This document shows, one piece after another, positions 28,095-40,584 of a stretch of 64,000 nucleotides of DNA. The translations under genes were made by a program, and so were the position numbers. The notes beneath the pieces were generated by a model. The model was not told where the DNA came from. It saw nothing but the letters and a program-made list of their open reading frames with translations, and ran no database searches. The DNA is from the human T2T-CHM13v2.0 reference genome, Homo sapiens. How positions within the stretch are numbered: the stretch's first letter is position 1; each line of letters begins with the position of its first letter. The stretch lies in NCBI RefSeq assembly GCF_009914755.1, contig NC_060926.1; one strand, written 5' to 3'.

Positions 28095-30230
28095 ATATAT
28101 GGCCTGGAACATGATTCCTAGGTATAGAATATATTGCCTTTAGAACCCAAGGATGCCTTTCAGGTAGTTGCTTTATTTTTTGTATGAGGATATGGAAGAT
28201 CTAGAACATTCATAACTTAATTGGAGGTAAATTAACTTGCACATGCTCATTGCCCTTTCACTCCTAAAAATATTACTGAAGTGGCAGTTCCCTGAATGTT
28301 AGAGACGTTATCTTGTACCCCTGGAGCTCCTGTGTCTTACCCAGGGCTTCAGTGTACCACCCCTTGTTGTCTAATCAATATATTCTTGATGCAATGGGTT
28401 AGTTTGATGTTTAATGCGATCACTAGTCTGTCCAGATTCTTTAGTCTATATTATGACAAGAGTAGGAGAATTATAACTCTAAGGCAAAAGTCTAAATGAA
28501 TATTTTTATTTGTCTCACTAGAATGGGAGGAGTTTCTTCTCTTAATTGGAACGTAAGAGAATACACTATGTAAATCAACGGCATGTCCCTGTACTTGAGT
28601 CCTTATTAATCTGCTCTAGCAGTAATATCACAGCAGCTGCTAACAAGGGTACTGCTTGATGAAGCCTGTGTAGTCTACTATCTGCAGAATTCTCTCAGTT
28701 CCTTAGAGGCCAGATTGGTTAGTTAAATGGAGATATGACAGGGACAACTGACCCTACATTCTTTAGGTCCTTAATAGTGACACCAATATTTACCATCCCA
28801 CAACCCTAATGTATAATATTGTTTTTTATATACTTTCTAGTCAGGGGCAGGGCTGTTAACAGTTTCAGAGATTTCCACGCATGCCATGGAACTACTGTGG
28901 TGGTTTCTCCAACTGCCAAGCACATAGATTCCAACTATGCACTGAGGAATTGAAGAAATGATCCCTGGGAGGGTCCATAGACTTAGTGGGCCCCCTGTAA
29001 AACAGAGTTTAGCCAGGACATTTTTCATTAGCTGGTCCCATACACACCCACTTTAACTAAGCCACGATGGTGATTTGGGTTTCCAATATGAATATCAACT
29101 CAGACACGGTGTTCAGTCATCTTGGAAATATATTATTCTCCTTTCTCTAACGTTCAGTCACCACAGCGAATGACCACAGGTCCCACTGAGGAAGGCATGT
29201 GGAAATCATTGTGGTAAGTACTTGCCATAGTGGTACAGTGTTTTTCCTCTTAGGATCATGGCCACCTCTTCGGACAATTGGTCCTAATTCTAAACATTGA
29301 CTCATGTTTAGGAACTGAGCAAAGGTGCAAGACTTTTAAATAGAGTGGCCACACTCAGTGGGCAGATTCTTTATTTCTTTCCATTTGATTTTAGATGCTA
29401 AGCAGTAACCCATCGAACTTGCTCCTAGAGACAGGATGCTTTATTCATCGTCTCCCATAACTCTCTGAGGATCAAATCTCCTTGGCGGCCCCTCTGATTT
29501 TTCTGGTCATGAAGATAATTGCAGTTCAAGTTTTCTGGCTAAGTGGAGCCACTTGCCCTCTATTACTTTGGGGCTCTACCTTTCCCTTGAGTTTTGGCAA
29601 ACACGGATGTGTGATTGCCTTTCCTGTCATCAATCATGGCTGACAGAAGAGAGCAAGCCCCAAATTCCCAGTGATGCTGGCACTTTTCACATCATCACAT
29701 TCTTGATTGTATCAGTAAATGGAGGGTTATTTCTTTCCTCCCAAGGAACATTGTCCTTTGGTGGACCTTCTGGCCTTTACGTAATATATCCATTCCAGCA
29801 TGTCCATTTTCCTTAGCCTCTATTTTTTCCTCTCCTATCTGACAAGGTAACTACGGTCTTTCCATTTTGCTGAGCGCTGGCCATCACATTCTCCAAAATT
29901 ATAGACGCCATCCCAACAGCAAGTTTTTCTAGCCCCGCACCCCACCCCCCGCACCACCCCCCCACCCCCCGCCCCCGCCAAACCCAGGGTGCTTGTTATG
30001 GTGGTAAAACCCATTTCCTGTTAGGAATAAAAAAACCACTAAAAACCTTCTATTTTATCCAGCAATATATCCAGCTTCCTTAATGAAGCAACCTTCAAAA
30101 TCAAATTCCAGGAGTGCTCTACTGGCTCATGTTGGTGCCTGCTCACTAATTCTTGCAACACTTTTGGTGTATAGGCTTTTTACTCTCTCATCAGGCCTGG
30201 CAAATGACCATAGATCAATGCCAAGCACTA
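28095..30230 (-). mobile_element. Decayed ERVL-class internal fragment (gag, protease, start of RT); no LTR seen
   Basis: Minus strand ccttcctcagtgggacctgtggtcattc...gaaaggagaataa...tgaacaccgtgtctgagttga resembles the HERVL protease region; attcagggaactgccacttcagtaatatttttaggagt resembles ERVL RT. Confidence 0.75.
29933..29978 (-). other. G-run cluster, potential G-quadruplex
   Basis: + strand ccccgcaccccaccccccgcaccacccccccaccccccgcccccgcc gives six runs of at least 4 G on the - strand. Confidence 0.8.
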
Positions 30231-30449
30231 CTGATAAAACATTTTAACAGATGCCTACATTGGGATCAGACAATTCTCCCAACACATCCAACATTACTCT
30301 AGCTCCAAGATAAACATTTTTTTTCTGATTTCCTGCTACTTTTAAATTAGATTTAAATAAAGAACTAGATATGACATATCTGATTTCTTGGACAACCTTG
30401 AATTTTACTTGTGCTGGTTGAAATATGAAGATACAGCACCACCACACTT

Positions 30450-30560
30450 CAAATCATTTGACCTTGTTTTGATGTCTATGTCTGCCACTTACAGGTTTTG
30501 AACTTTGGCAATACATTTAAACCCCATAAGCCTTAGTTTCTTATTTTACCCAATGTTATC
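30450..30560 (+). mobile_element. MIR fragment
   Basis: tctgccacttac...ctttggcaatacatttaaacc...gccttagtttctt. Confidence 0.6.
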
Positions 30561-30664
30561 TTTTCTGCTTTAGATAATATTAAGGTTTATCTAAGGGGAA
30601 AGGAGTGAAAATAAAGAGAACTTAACCAAGTTCAGTTAACAAACTTAACAAACTTAACTGAACT

Positions 30665-30935
30665 TAACAAAATTCAGTTAGAAGGAATAAGTTATGCTAT
30701 TTGATACTACAGTAGGGAAATTATAGTTAACAATAGTTTATTGTGTATCTGAAAAGAGCTGGAGGAGAAAAATTGTAGTATTCGAATACAAAGAAAAATG
30801 TTTGAGGTCATGGATAAATATCCCAATTATCTGGACTTAATCATTATATATTGTACACACGTATCAAAATATCTCATATATCACGAAAGTATGTACAGCT
30901 ATGATATATCAATAAAAATACAAAAAATAAAAATA
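30665..30935 (+). mobile_element. L1MA 3' end
   Basis: gaaggaataagtt...tatagttaacaatagtttattgtgtat...tatcaaaatatctcatata...atgtacagctatgatatatcaataaaa. Confidence 0.85.
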
Positions 30936-31009
30936 CTAATGTTTAAGCTTTTAAACTATATAATGTATTAATTAAAAAGTATTGCATTGGGTGCCATGTA
31001 AAAAAGAAT

Positions 31010-32832
31010 CATATTGAAAGAAGAAATCTCATACGGAACAGACCCATATTAGATTAAACCTTGTAAATATGAAGTGAGATTAAATTTAAGATATACACAA
31101 GCAGTGCCATATTTTTAGGTGTTTGGGGTGTCTAATAGTTAGTGGTCACTGATTTACATATAATGAATGACTGTCAATTTACTAGTTAAAATAGATGTTT
31201 CTTAAAATCTGTGTTGAAGAATGTAACAGAATTCAGAGTATTTCCCCAATATTCAATTTTATTCATCATGTCTACTTATTTAGATTGCTGTCTAAAAATA
31301 CAAACAAATTACAGATTAGCCATTAGCACCTGTTAAGAAGCCTTATTAATTATGTTAACTAGCTATTGCCAACAATGATAATTCTTTGGAGATAAGAAAC
31401 TTACTAAACTAATTTTTACTTGATGTAATACTGATTAATGACTCAGAAAACTATCTTATTTTGTGTCCTGTTACTTTATATATTAGGTTTCAATGATTTA
31501 TTTTAGCTTTCCAATGCTTACGCCTACTTTTACCCCACTACCCCATTGCTTTAATCATACTTCCTAAAATGTTGTTTTCTCCACTTATATAAAAGATGTA
31601 GCTCAATTTCCATGTTTTTTATTATGCCTTCACTGACTGTTTTCTTGAATAACCATTGTTTTCCCAGCTAGACTGCAAATTTTTAGGAAATATTGATCAC
31701 ATATGATATAATTTTTATGTATACTCTGTGTGCTTAACTTGGTTATATATCGAATATTTTTGGAAAAATTGAAGGAGAATAATGACATTGGGAAATGTCT
31801 GAGACAAAGAGTGCTATATTGTCCTGTGCCAAGACAATGGCAGCTCAATACACAAGGTATTTTGAGAGAGAGATTAAATGAGGTTAAAAACCACCAAAAA
31901 ATTCTTTTCTTGGTTCCAATTTTTTAAAGTAACAGAAAAGAAACAAATCCATTAATGCTAAAAATACTGATAAACATATGCTAAAATTAATGTAATGGTT
32001 TTATTCACTTGTACTTTATTAGAAACTAAATAGAATACTGATTTGTTCTCACATCTCTCTTTCCATCAATTTCCCCACTGTAATAGAGAATAAAGGCAAC
32101 AGGGCTTTTAAGAACTCTTTAATCTATTTTCTTGCATTTTTTACAGCTCAGCTCCTAAAAGTACTCAGGAGACATGTATCCAGGATTACAGTGTAATTTA
32201 TAAATAACTGATGGTTATACCAAAACATAGAATATTACCAATATTAACATTATTGGTTCAAGAATGAAAGTTCATTTTACTTGTTACACAGTTCATGTTG
32301 TTAATCAGGAAGTAATCACCTACTATGATTAAAAGTATTATTTACACTAATCACAATGGAGAAATGTGGCAAATATCTCACTAACGAAGTGATTAAGGTT
32401 AACATCACCAATAATAAGTCATGTTAATAGCATGTATCAGTTGATGTGATGTGATGAAAAGGGCACTTCATCTCTATGGTATTCTCCCTCTAAATGTATA
32501 GCCCCAGCCCAGTTACAAGAAACCATCACACAAATCAGAATTGAGAGGTTACTTACAAAATGCATATCTGACCAACACTTTTCAAAAATGGTAAGGTCAC
32601 GAAAGACAAGGAATGACTGAGAAACCATCACAGATTAGAGGAGACTAGGAGACATGATGACAAATAACAATGTGGTATCTTGCATTTGATCTTGGACAGG
32701 AAAAAGACACAAGTGTAAAAACTCATTAGTGATATCTGCATAAAGGCTGATTGTTTAGTTAATCTCACTTCATATTTACAAGGTTTAATCTAATATGGGT
32801 CTATTCTGTATGAGATTTCTTCTTTCAATATG
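31010..32832. repeat. 74-bp inverted copy (31010-31083 vs 32759-32832), 72/74 identical
   Basis: catattgaaagaagaaatctcatacGgaaCagacccatattagattaaaccttgtaaatatgaagtgagattaa compared with the reverse complement of 32759-32832. Confidence 0.98.
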
Positions 32833-32990
32833 CACCAATGTTAAATTCTTAGTTTTAATAAATGTAGCATGGTTATGTAAGATGCTTATATCAGAGGAAG
32901 CTGTAAAAACGGTATGCAGGAACTCTCTGTACTGCCTTTGCAACTCTTCCGTGAATTTAAAATAATTTAAATATAAAAACTTTAAAAAAT
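32350..32990 (+). mobile_element. L1MC/L1MD 3'UTR, interrupted by the 74-bp inverted insert
   Basis: acaatggagaaatgtggc...aaggttaacatcaccaataataag...ggaactctctgtactgcctttgcaactcttc. Confidence 0.88.
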
Positions 32991-33394
32991 AAGAAAGGCT
33001 TTAAATAGGCAAGAAAAAGTATTATTTATAACCTTTGTCTAGCCAACAACAAAGGTCCCACAGTTTATCATAAATGCCATTTATATTGAACTAGGAAATA
33101 TTTGCACAGAATGAAAGCTATTTGAAAACCCAAGAACTCTTTCATTAGAGAAAATTCATACAACCTAACAAAGACACCCAGATTATTATAGAGCTGATTT
33201 GTCCAAATTTCTTCCATATTAAGTGTATTTTGATTTTTACTAAAAGTCTCTAAATTTTTAAATTCTTTTGAATGTCACATGTAAACAAACAATAATTGCC
33301 CCAATGAGGAATTATCCAAGAAATTTAAATAAAATATGAATAATTTAAAAATCAGACACTGAAGCAGATTGCTACAAAGGGTATAATAATTTAG

Positions 33395-34420
33395 CAAAAT
33401 ATTTATTCACATACTCATTCGTCATCCATTCTATATTGCTGAAGAGCTACTTTGTGTCAGTCACTGTTCTAACTTCCAGAGATCCAGAGCTAGAAGTGAA
33501 GATGAGAGATACGATTCTATTGTCATTAAAATTATATTCTAGTAAAGAGTAGTTGCATAACAAATAAACAAGAAAATAAGATAATTTCTGATCAAGATAA
33601 GGGTTAAGAAGAAAGTAACAAGTATGATTCTATAGAAACTAATAATGGGAGGTATTTTGTAATAGACATAAAAGAGTTTTTTTTGAGAAGATGATTTTGA
33701 GATAATGACTTAAATAAAAAAAAGTTCAATCAATTGAGGATCCAGAGATAAATTATCTAAGGGGAAGAACAAAACAGATTTCTTGAGGCATAGAAAAATT
33801 TGACATCATATCAGTGAAGATCCTGGCAGAAAAGAAAATTCCACTAAGATGGCTTCAACGAAGAGAGTAGTTACAGAGGAGTCACCCAAAAGCAAGCGAG
33901 AGTGGAAAAGTTGATACCTCCCTTAGGCAAGAAGAATAAACAAAAGAAATACAGTTCCTGGAGTCCAGTGAGACCTGGAATCTTAAATCTTAAAGTAGGG
34001 GAGCCACATGGCAAGAGCTACAACTTGGAAAGGCCCAGTAAACAACCAGAAGCTCTATGTCAAAGCAGGGAGGGGTAAAATAAGAAATCACCTACCTTAT
34101 CTCTCATTGCCTTCAGATCTTCTGTTCTTGTGTCCTTTTGAACTCACCTATTGTTCTCTATAAGGTCACACTGCTTAGTAGATGACACAGAAGGAAAAGA
34201 AATGGATCAGCAAGTTCAAATTGAAAATGAACACCACAAAATATTTGAAGAAAAAATTCTAGAGTAACAGAAGCATAATGATGTAAGAAAATGTTATAAA
34301 ACACATCAAAGTTTTAGACAGAGTTCAGCTTAAGCTACAGGGAGGAGTTTGGACTTTACTCTGAGCATTGGGAAGCTACTGAGAAGTATGTATTTAGAAA
34401 TTCAAGGAGTGTTCTGGCAT
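33395..34420 (-). mobile_element. L2 fragments split by a probable ancient MaLR/ERVL LTR (about 33810-34235)
   Basis: L2-like ctactttgtgtcagtcactgttcta and ggagtttggactttactctgagcattgggaagctactg; LTR-like tatcagtgaagatcctggcagaaa. Confidence 0.55.
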
Positions 34421-35347
34421 AATCAAGAGGCATAAAATATGCTTCAAAGTAAATTGGAAATAAGAGTAGAGAGGGAAGATGTTGATCACCTACATGACGA
34501 AAAAGGAAAAAGAATTTTGGTATAACACTAATGGCTGCATGTCTTGGATTGTAAATTCCCTAATAGTATATGTCTATATGATGTAGTATCGTCTACATAT
34601 ACATGGGTTATAGAATCAGAGAAATAAAAACCAAAATAAAGTTACAGGTTACCTATTAGATAACTCATTTTCAGCTAAGATGACTCAGTCAGCATATAAT
34701 TTAGTAATGACCAACTTTACAAACATAGTTTGTGATAAAGCTATTATTGAAAGATATTTCTTTATTTCAAGAACAGTGACACAAATATCTATAAATGTTA
34801 CTGTGCTCTTCTGAATCTATTTGAATAATGATCTGGTCACAAATACTTATTGATGAAAATCTAGGTACATAAAATATATTACTCAATCATTATATCTAAC
34901 CAGTGTTATAAAATTTAACTTACATCATTAGCAGTTTTATCTTAGAGTTAATTTATTCACTCCTGCAGTGTTTTACTATTTCAGCTAAAACTTCCTAACT
35001 TTGAAATTTTCTAAAAAGACAGAAATAGTATTTTAAAACTTATCAAAAACATGTAGTAGGGGGCAGGGTTATCTCTAAATTATTTCTTCTAATCTAATAC
35101 AAATAACAAATTCTACCTTTCTATGGTGTTACAATTCACATCATTGAAATCAGACTTTCCATGATAAAAAGCAGATTTTTATGCACGAGCACAAAGCCAC
35201 AGTGGTTATAAAAAACCTTTTTGGCAAAAAAAGGTAGAGGTATCTTGAGTATGAATAAAAATGTATTATAAAGCAAAGTGTATTTAACCATTGGACAATG
35301 GACAATGTGGAGCTATAATCCTGAACTTTATAGTAAGTCTTGAATTC

Positions 35348-35594
35348 ATGTAGGGTGAATTCTCCCACTTTGTACTTCTGCGAAACTGTTTATCTATTGA
35401 AGCTCCTTTATAATTATTAAAATGTCAATACTCTCCTAAATGATCTGTACATTTAAATGCAACTCCAATCTAAATCCCATCAAGATTTTTAGACATACAA
35501 AAAAGCTGATTCTCAAATTTATGTGGAAAGATCAAAGAGCTTCAATAGAAAAACAATTTTGCAGAAGTACAAAGTGGGAGTATTCACCCTACAT
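35348..35594. repeat. 58-bp inverted repeat (35348-35405 vs 35537-35594), 54/58 identical, 131-bp spacer
   Basis: atgtagggtgaattctcccactttgtacttctgc... vs ...gcagaagtacaaagtgggagtattcaccctacat. Confidence 0.96.
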
Positions 35595-36149
35595 TTTTAC
35601 TGATACTCAAGACAACTCAATTCTCTGTAAAAGATTTTGTAGAGCTCACATTATTTTTTCCTTGAAAAGTTTGGTAGAATTTGCCAATAATACCACTTAG
35701 GCCATCAGTTTATTCTATTTGTATTTTCCTGAAAGCATTCAAACTGTGAATTCAATGTATTCATGCAATTTTTTTGGGTATTCTATTTTTTCTTCAGTGA
35801 GTTTTATTAATTTATATTATTCAAGAAATTTATTTTATCTTAATTTTGAAATTATGGAGCTAGATTTGTTCATAGTATTTTGGAACTATTTTAATGTGTA
35901 TAGGGCCAGTAGTAATGACTTGGGTTTTTTCCTGAGATTTATGATTTATAATTATTAATTTCTTTTACTAGATTCCTACTCATCTCTCTTTTTCCTTGGT
36001 TGGGATGGATGGAGATTTATTCATTTTACTGATTCTTTTTCCCAAAAATCCAGCTGTAGATTTTATTATTTTTTCTAAATTTTTGTTGATTTTACATTTC
36101 ATTAAATTTTACTGTTTGTTTCTTATCTTCTGTTGGCTTTTATTTTCTC

Positions 36150-36352
36150 ATTTTTAATTATTTTATTTTTAATTGACAGTAATAATTATGCATATTCATG
36201 GAGTACATAGTGATGCTTCAATACATATAGCATACAGTGGTCAGATCAGGGTAATAGCATCCATCATCTGAAACGTTAATCATTTCTTTGTGTTGGGAAT
36301 GTTCAATATCCTCCTTTCAGATATTTGAAACTATATAATACATTAGTGTTAT
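36150..36352 (-). mobile_element. L1MA 3' end nested in the L1M
   Basis: ttttaattgacagtaataattatgcatattcatggagtacatagtgatg...catttctttgtgttgggaa. Confidence 0.85.
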
Positions 36353-37233
36353 TTTTGCATTTTTTCTCTTTTTATTTTGAGGGGAACTTAGATTACTGAT
36401 TTGAAGTTCTATTTTTCAAAATAAAACTTGAATGCTGTACATAAACTATCTTCTAAGACTTCTTAAAGACTGCATCTTAAACCCATAGATTATTTAGAAG
36501 TGTGTTGTTTGATTTTCAATTTCTTAGGGATTTTCTTGCTTTTGTTTTGTTTCATTATGAACAAAGACCATACCATTGTATGATATCAATTCTTCTAGAT
36601 GTGTTAAGACTTATTTTACGGTTTAGAATATGTTCTCTTTTTTATTTGAAAAAAAAAATGGGGGTTCTAATGATTTGAAATGCAGTGTTCTATAACTGTT
36701 AATTAGGCCAAGTTCGCTGATAGGTTGTTCAGGTAAAATATGACTTATTTTTTGTCTGCTTGCTGTATCATCTACTGAGAGAAGTGTTGGACTCTCCCTG
36801 CTTACTTGCAGGGATTTTTTTTCCTGATAATTCTATTATTTCTACCAGGTGTTATTTCACAGATATGTATTCTCTTTTGTAACACTTACTACATTCTGGG
36901 TTGTTTTGTCTTCTTAGTTAGTATTTCTAGTTTTGAAGTTCGCTTTTTTAAATTAATATAGCTATTCCAGCTTTCTTTTGATTAGAGTTTGCATGGTATA
37001 TCTTTATCGTACATGCCTTTATATTTAAAGTGGTTTTCTTTACAAATAATTTAGTTGGGTCACACTTTCTTTTCAGTCTTTATCTTATAAATGGTATCTA
37101 TAGACCACTTACTTTTAATGTGATTATTGATATAGTTTGGCTAAAATCTACCATTTTACTTGCTATCATCTATTTTTAAATTCTATAATTTCTTCTTTTT
37201 TTTATCTCTGAATACTTCTACTAGTTCATTGAG

Positions 37234-37554
37234 TTTTTGCTGTGTTTTATTTTGTTATTTTGAGACAAGGTCTCTGTTACTCAGGCTGGAGTACACTCAT
37301 GTGATCATGACTCATTGCAGCCTTGACCTCGTGGGCTCAAGCAATCCTCCTTCCTCAGCCTCCCTGGTAGCTGGGACTACAGGTGCATGCCACCGTGCGT
37401 GACTAATTTTTTTTATTTTTTTATTTTTATTTTTTGTAGAGACAGGGTCTCACTATGTTGCCTAGGCTGGTCTCAAACTCCTAAGCGCAAGTGATCCTCT
37501 TTCCTTGTCCTCCCAAAATGCTAGGATTACAGGCATGAGCCACCATACCCTGCC
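37234..37554 (-). mobile_element. AluJ
   Basis: gagacaaggtctc...gggctcaagcaatcctcc...gagacagggtctcactatgttgcctaggctgg are J-type features. Confidence 0.93.
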
Positions 37555-38230
37555 CCATCAAGATTTTTAAAATAACTTTTGCTATATCTCTTCTACTGAT
37601 GTTTTTTATATCCCTTTTAAAAATTACTTATAGTTGTTCTGTGGTTTGCAGTATACATCTTTCACTATTCATAATATACCTTCAAGTAATATTATACTGT
37701 TTCATACATAAGAATATAGAGAAATCTCTTCCTTAATCCACCTTCTCATCCTTTTTTTCTATTTTGTCACATATTTTACTTTTAGGTATTCTATAATCTC
37801 ACAATACATTGTTCCTCTAATTTTCTCTCTTACTCTAAGCAGTCAGTCATCCTTTATAGTTACTGAAAATAAGAAAAAATAAATTTTATTTTTATCTTCA
37901 TGTATCCCATTTTAAGCATACTTTACTTCTTTGTGTAGATACAAGATTTTGTCTGGTAGAATACCTCTGCTTAAAAAACTTCTTTAACACTGATTTTAGT
38001 TCAGGTATGGTGGCAATTAACTATTCTGGTAAATGTTTTGCCGAGTAACTTTATACTGTAGCCTTCAATTTTGAAAAAGAAAATGATGTGTGTAGAATTT
38101 TGGGTTGATAGGACTTTTTTCTTCCAGTACTTTAAATATTCTATTTCATAGTCTTTAGAATTGTATAGCTTTGGAGAAGAAGTCATGAAGTCATATGTAA
38201 TTCTTATCACTGGTCCTATGGGGTTGGTGG

Positions 38231-38233
<3 letters not shown>

Positions 38234-38277
<44 letters not shown>
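38234..38277. repeat. (TG)n microsatellite
   Basis: Read directly. Confidence 0.97.
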
Positions 38278-38278
<1 letters not shown>

Positions 38279-40584
38279 TTGCTGTCAAGATATTCTTTTT
38301 GTCTGTAGTTTTCAGTAGTTTGATATTTATTTTGTCTGTGTACTTGACATTTATACTGCTTAATTTCTCTGAGCTTCTTGGATTCATGGTTTTGCGTTTG
38401 TCATTAATTGTTGAGTATTGTTTGCCAGTGTTTCTTAAAACATTTTATTTTTGTATGCTCCATTGTATCTCACTTTCTTCTTGGTTTCCAATTTAATTTA
38501 TGTTAGACCCTTTTAAATTGCTCCTGAGATCATGGGTGAGGCTTGGTTCAGTGCTTTATTTTTTGTGTGTGTTAGTTTGGAAAATTCATATTTTCTATTT
38601 CAAGTTCACTGATTCTTCCTTTGGCTATTTTGAATATACTGATAAGCCCATTGAATGTATTTTTTGTCTCTATTTGTTTTATGTGTAGCATTTCCCTTTG
38701 ATTCTTCTTTCTATTTTTCATCTCTGTCCTAATGTTATCCATCTGGATTTGCATGTCATTAACTTGTAACATTATAATCTTTAACAATTCAATTATAGTT
38801 ATTTGAAAATTTCCATTCTGATAGTTCCAACATTTATGTTATATCTGAGTTTAGTTATGTTGGTTGCTTTGTCTCTTAAAACTGTGTTTTTCTTTTGTTT
38901 CAAGATTTTTTCTATTATTCATAATTTTGTTGAGAACTGGATATCTTATGTATGACATACTTTGTTAAAAAAGATGTTGAATTTTTTTTTGTAGAACTTA
39001 GGAAATTATATTTTATACCATAAAATTGGCACACTTTTTTTTTTTTTTTCTGCTAGGCTTCTTGTGTCAGAGTTTGGCTCAATCAAGTCAGGGATTGGGC
39101 TATGTTTAGGATTTGTTGCTGGTTTGGCTTTCTGCGCTGCATGCAAAACCTCAAAGTACTTTTGTGATATATTTCATTTGTAGCGAATTTTAGTTTGGCA
39201 GAGGATTTTTCTCAATGTTCACTCTACACTAAGCTCTAGGTTTTGTTTTGTGGTGCACATTAGAAAACAATCTCTATGTGCCACAGTAAATATCCCTTCA
39301 GTATTCCCTTGTTACCTTATTATTTAATGTTTTTAGCCTAGTGGTGGGATGAGTAATCTTTGTTGTTGTAGATAAGTTTCAGTCTTAGGCAGACATGATA
39401 TTTCTAGGCTTCAGAGATGTGTTTATTTCAGTGTTTTTTCCCATTGCCCAGCTATAGTTCTGGGCTCAGCATACAATCCTGCCCTTTTCCCAAATACACA
39501 GAGGTTGTTTTTCTGTTTCTTTTTCTCAAGTGCAATAGAATTTTGCAGTGCCCTGTGGAAAAATATATTTGTTTCTCTTGCTGGCCCACACTCTACATTT
39601 ATCAATTCATTAAATTTTTCCTTGAATTACATTTACTATTGCCTGGGTGCATCTGCCTACGTATGTAACTGCTTATGTTCCATCTCTCATTGCACACAGT
39701 TGCCTTCCTTAGACTTCAGATTAGTTGTTTGTCCTATGACCTCAAATCTGTGATTGATTGTAGAAAAAATTGTGAGAGTGCAGATTGTCTCAGTTTGTTG
39801 GCCAGTTTTGTTTTGTTTAGGAATGCAAGATACCAGCTGTCTGTATTCTAAGAAACCAAAAGTCACAGTTTTCTTTAAATGAAGAGAGTAAATATCAGTG
39901 TATTAATGAACAAGATAATATTCTTAATGTTTTACTAAGATTTCAAATAGCATAATGACATGCCCCATATGCAGGTATAATAAGAGTCAATAAAAGTAGA
40001 TTCAGAATAAGTGTAAATTAGCATAAAAATGTTTAAAAAGCTACTAATAACATATCCACTGATTTGAAGAAAATTATGTACATACTGAGTGAGTCCATGG
40101 AGAATACAAGCCCCAAAATATAAACTTTAATAAATGGAATTCTTAAATTCAAAATATAATGTGTGCAATAAAAGTTCCCTGAATTGACTTCAAAGCATAT
40201 TGGAGTTTCAAAAGAAAAGAATGAGTGAAGTTGAATATTTTCTGGTTGTTACTAATAGAATGTAATCTTCAGTTTTATAAACTGAATTTTATATATTAAT
40301 AAAAATGAGAGTTCAATATTTTCCTAGAAATTGACTAATTTTAGTATGCATAGAGAGAAAATAAATTTTATATACTTTAAGTGCTAATAATTTCCTTGCA
40401 TAAATATTGATAAAATGTATGAAGCAATTAGAAAATCACTGAATACAAGTATGTGATATTGCCAAATTACTTTAGAAATATGGAAGAAGTCAAAATCTGA
40501 AAGGACTACAATAATAATTCAAGATTATACAGCCAAATTGGCACTTGAAAGATGTAAAAGAATTTGAATAGATAATGGAATAAA

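Larger units (their letters stand above)
35300..39870 (-). mobile_element. Long decayed L1M (ORF2, ORF1, 5' region) with nested insertions and an internal inversion (about 35410-35594 on +)
   Basis: T-rich + strand; ORF1p-like translations on - (IKLLKTTDKKNIL, KGRISELE); ORF2-like KKLILKFMWK on +. Confidence 0.8.

Noticed and set aside
30618-30681. CRISPR-like short repeats
   Set aside because: No constant repeat with unique spacers, no cas genes, and a primate context.
26520-38800. Apparent large inverted symmetry between ORF1-like regions with CA/TG tracts at 27.6 and 38.2 kb
   Set aside because: The microsatellites lie at different ORF1 positions and I saw no high pairwise identity, so independent old L1s explain it.
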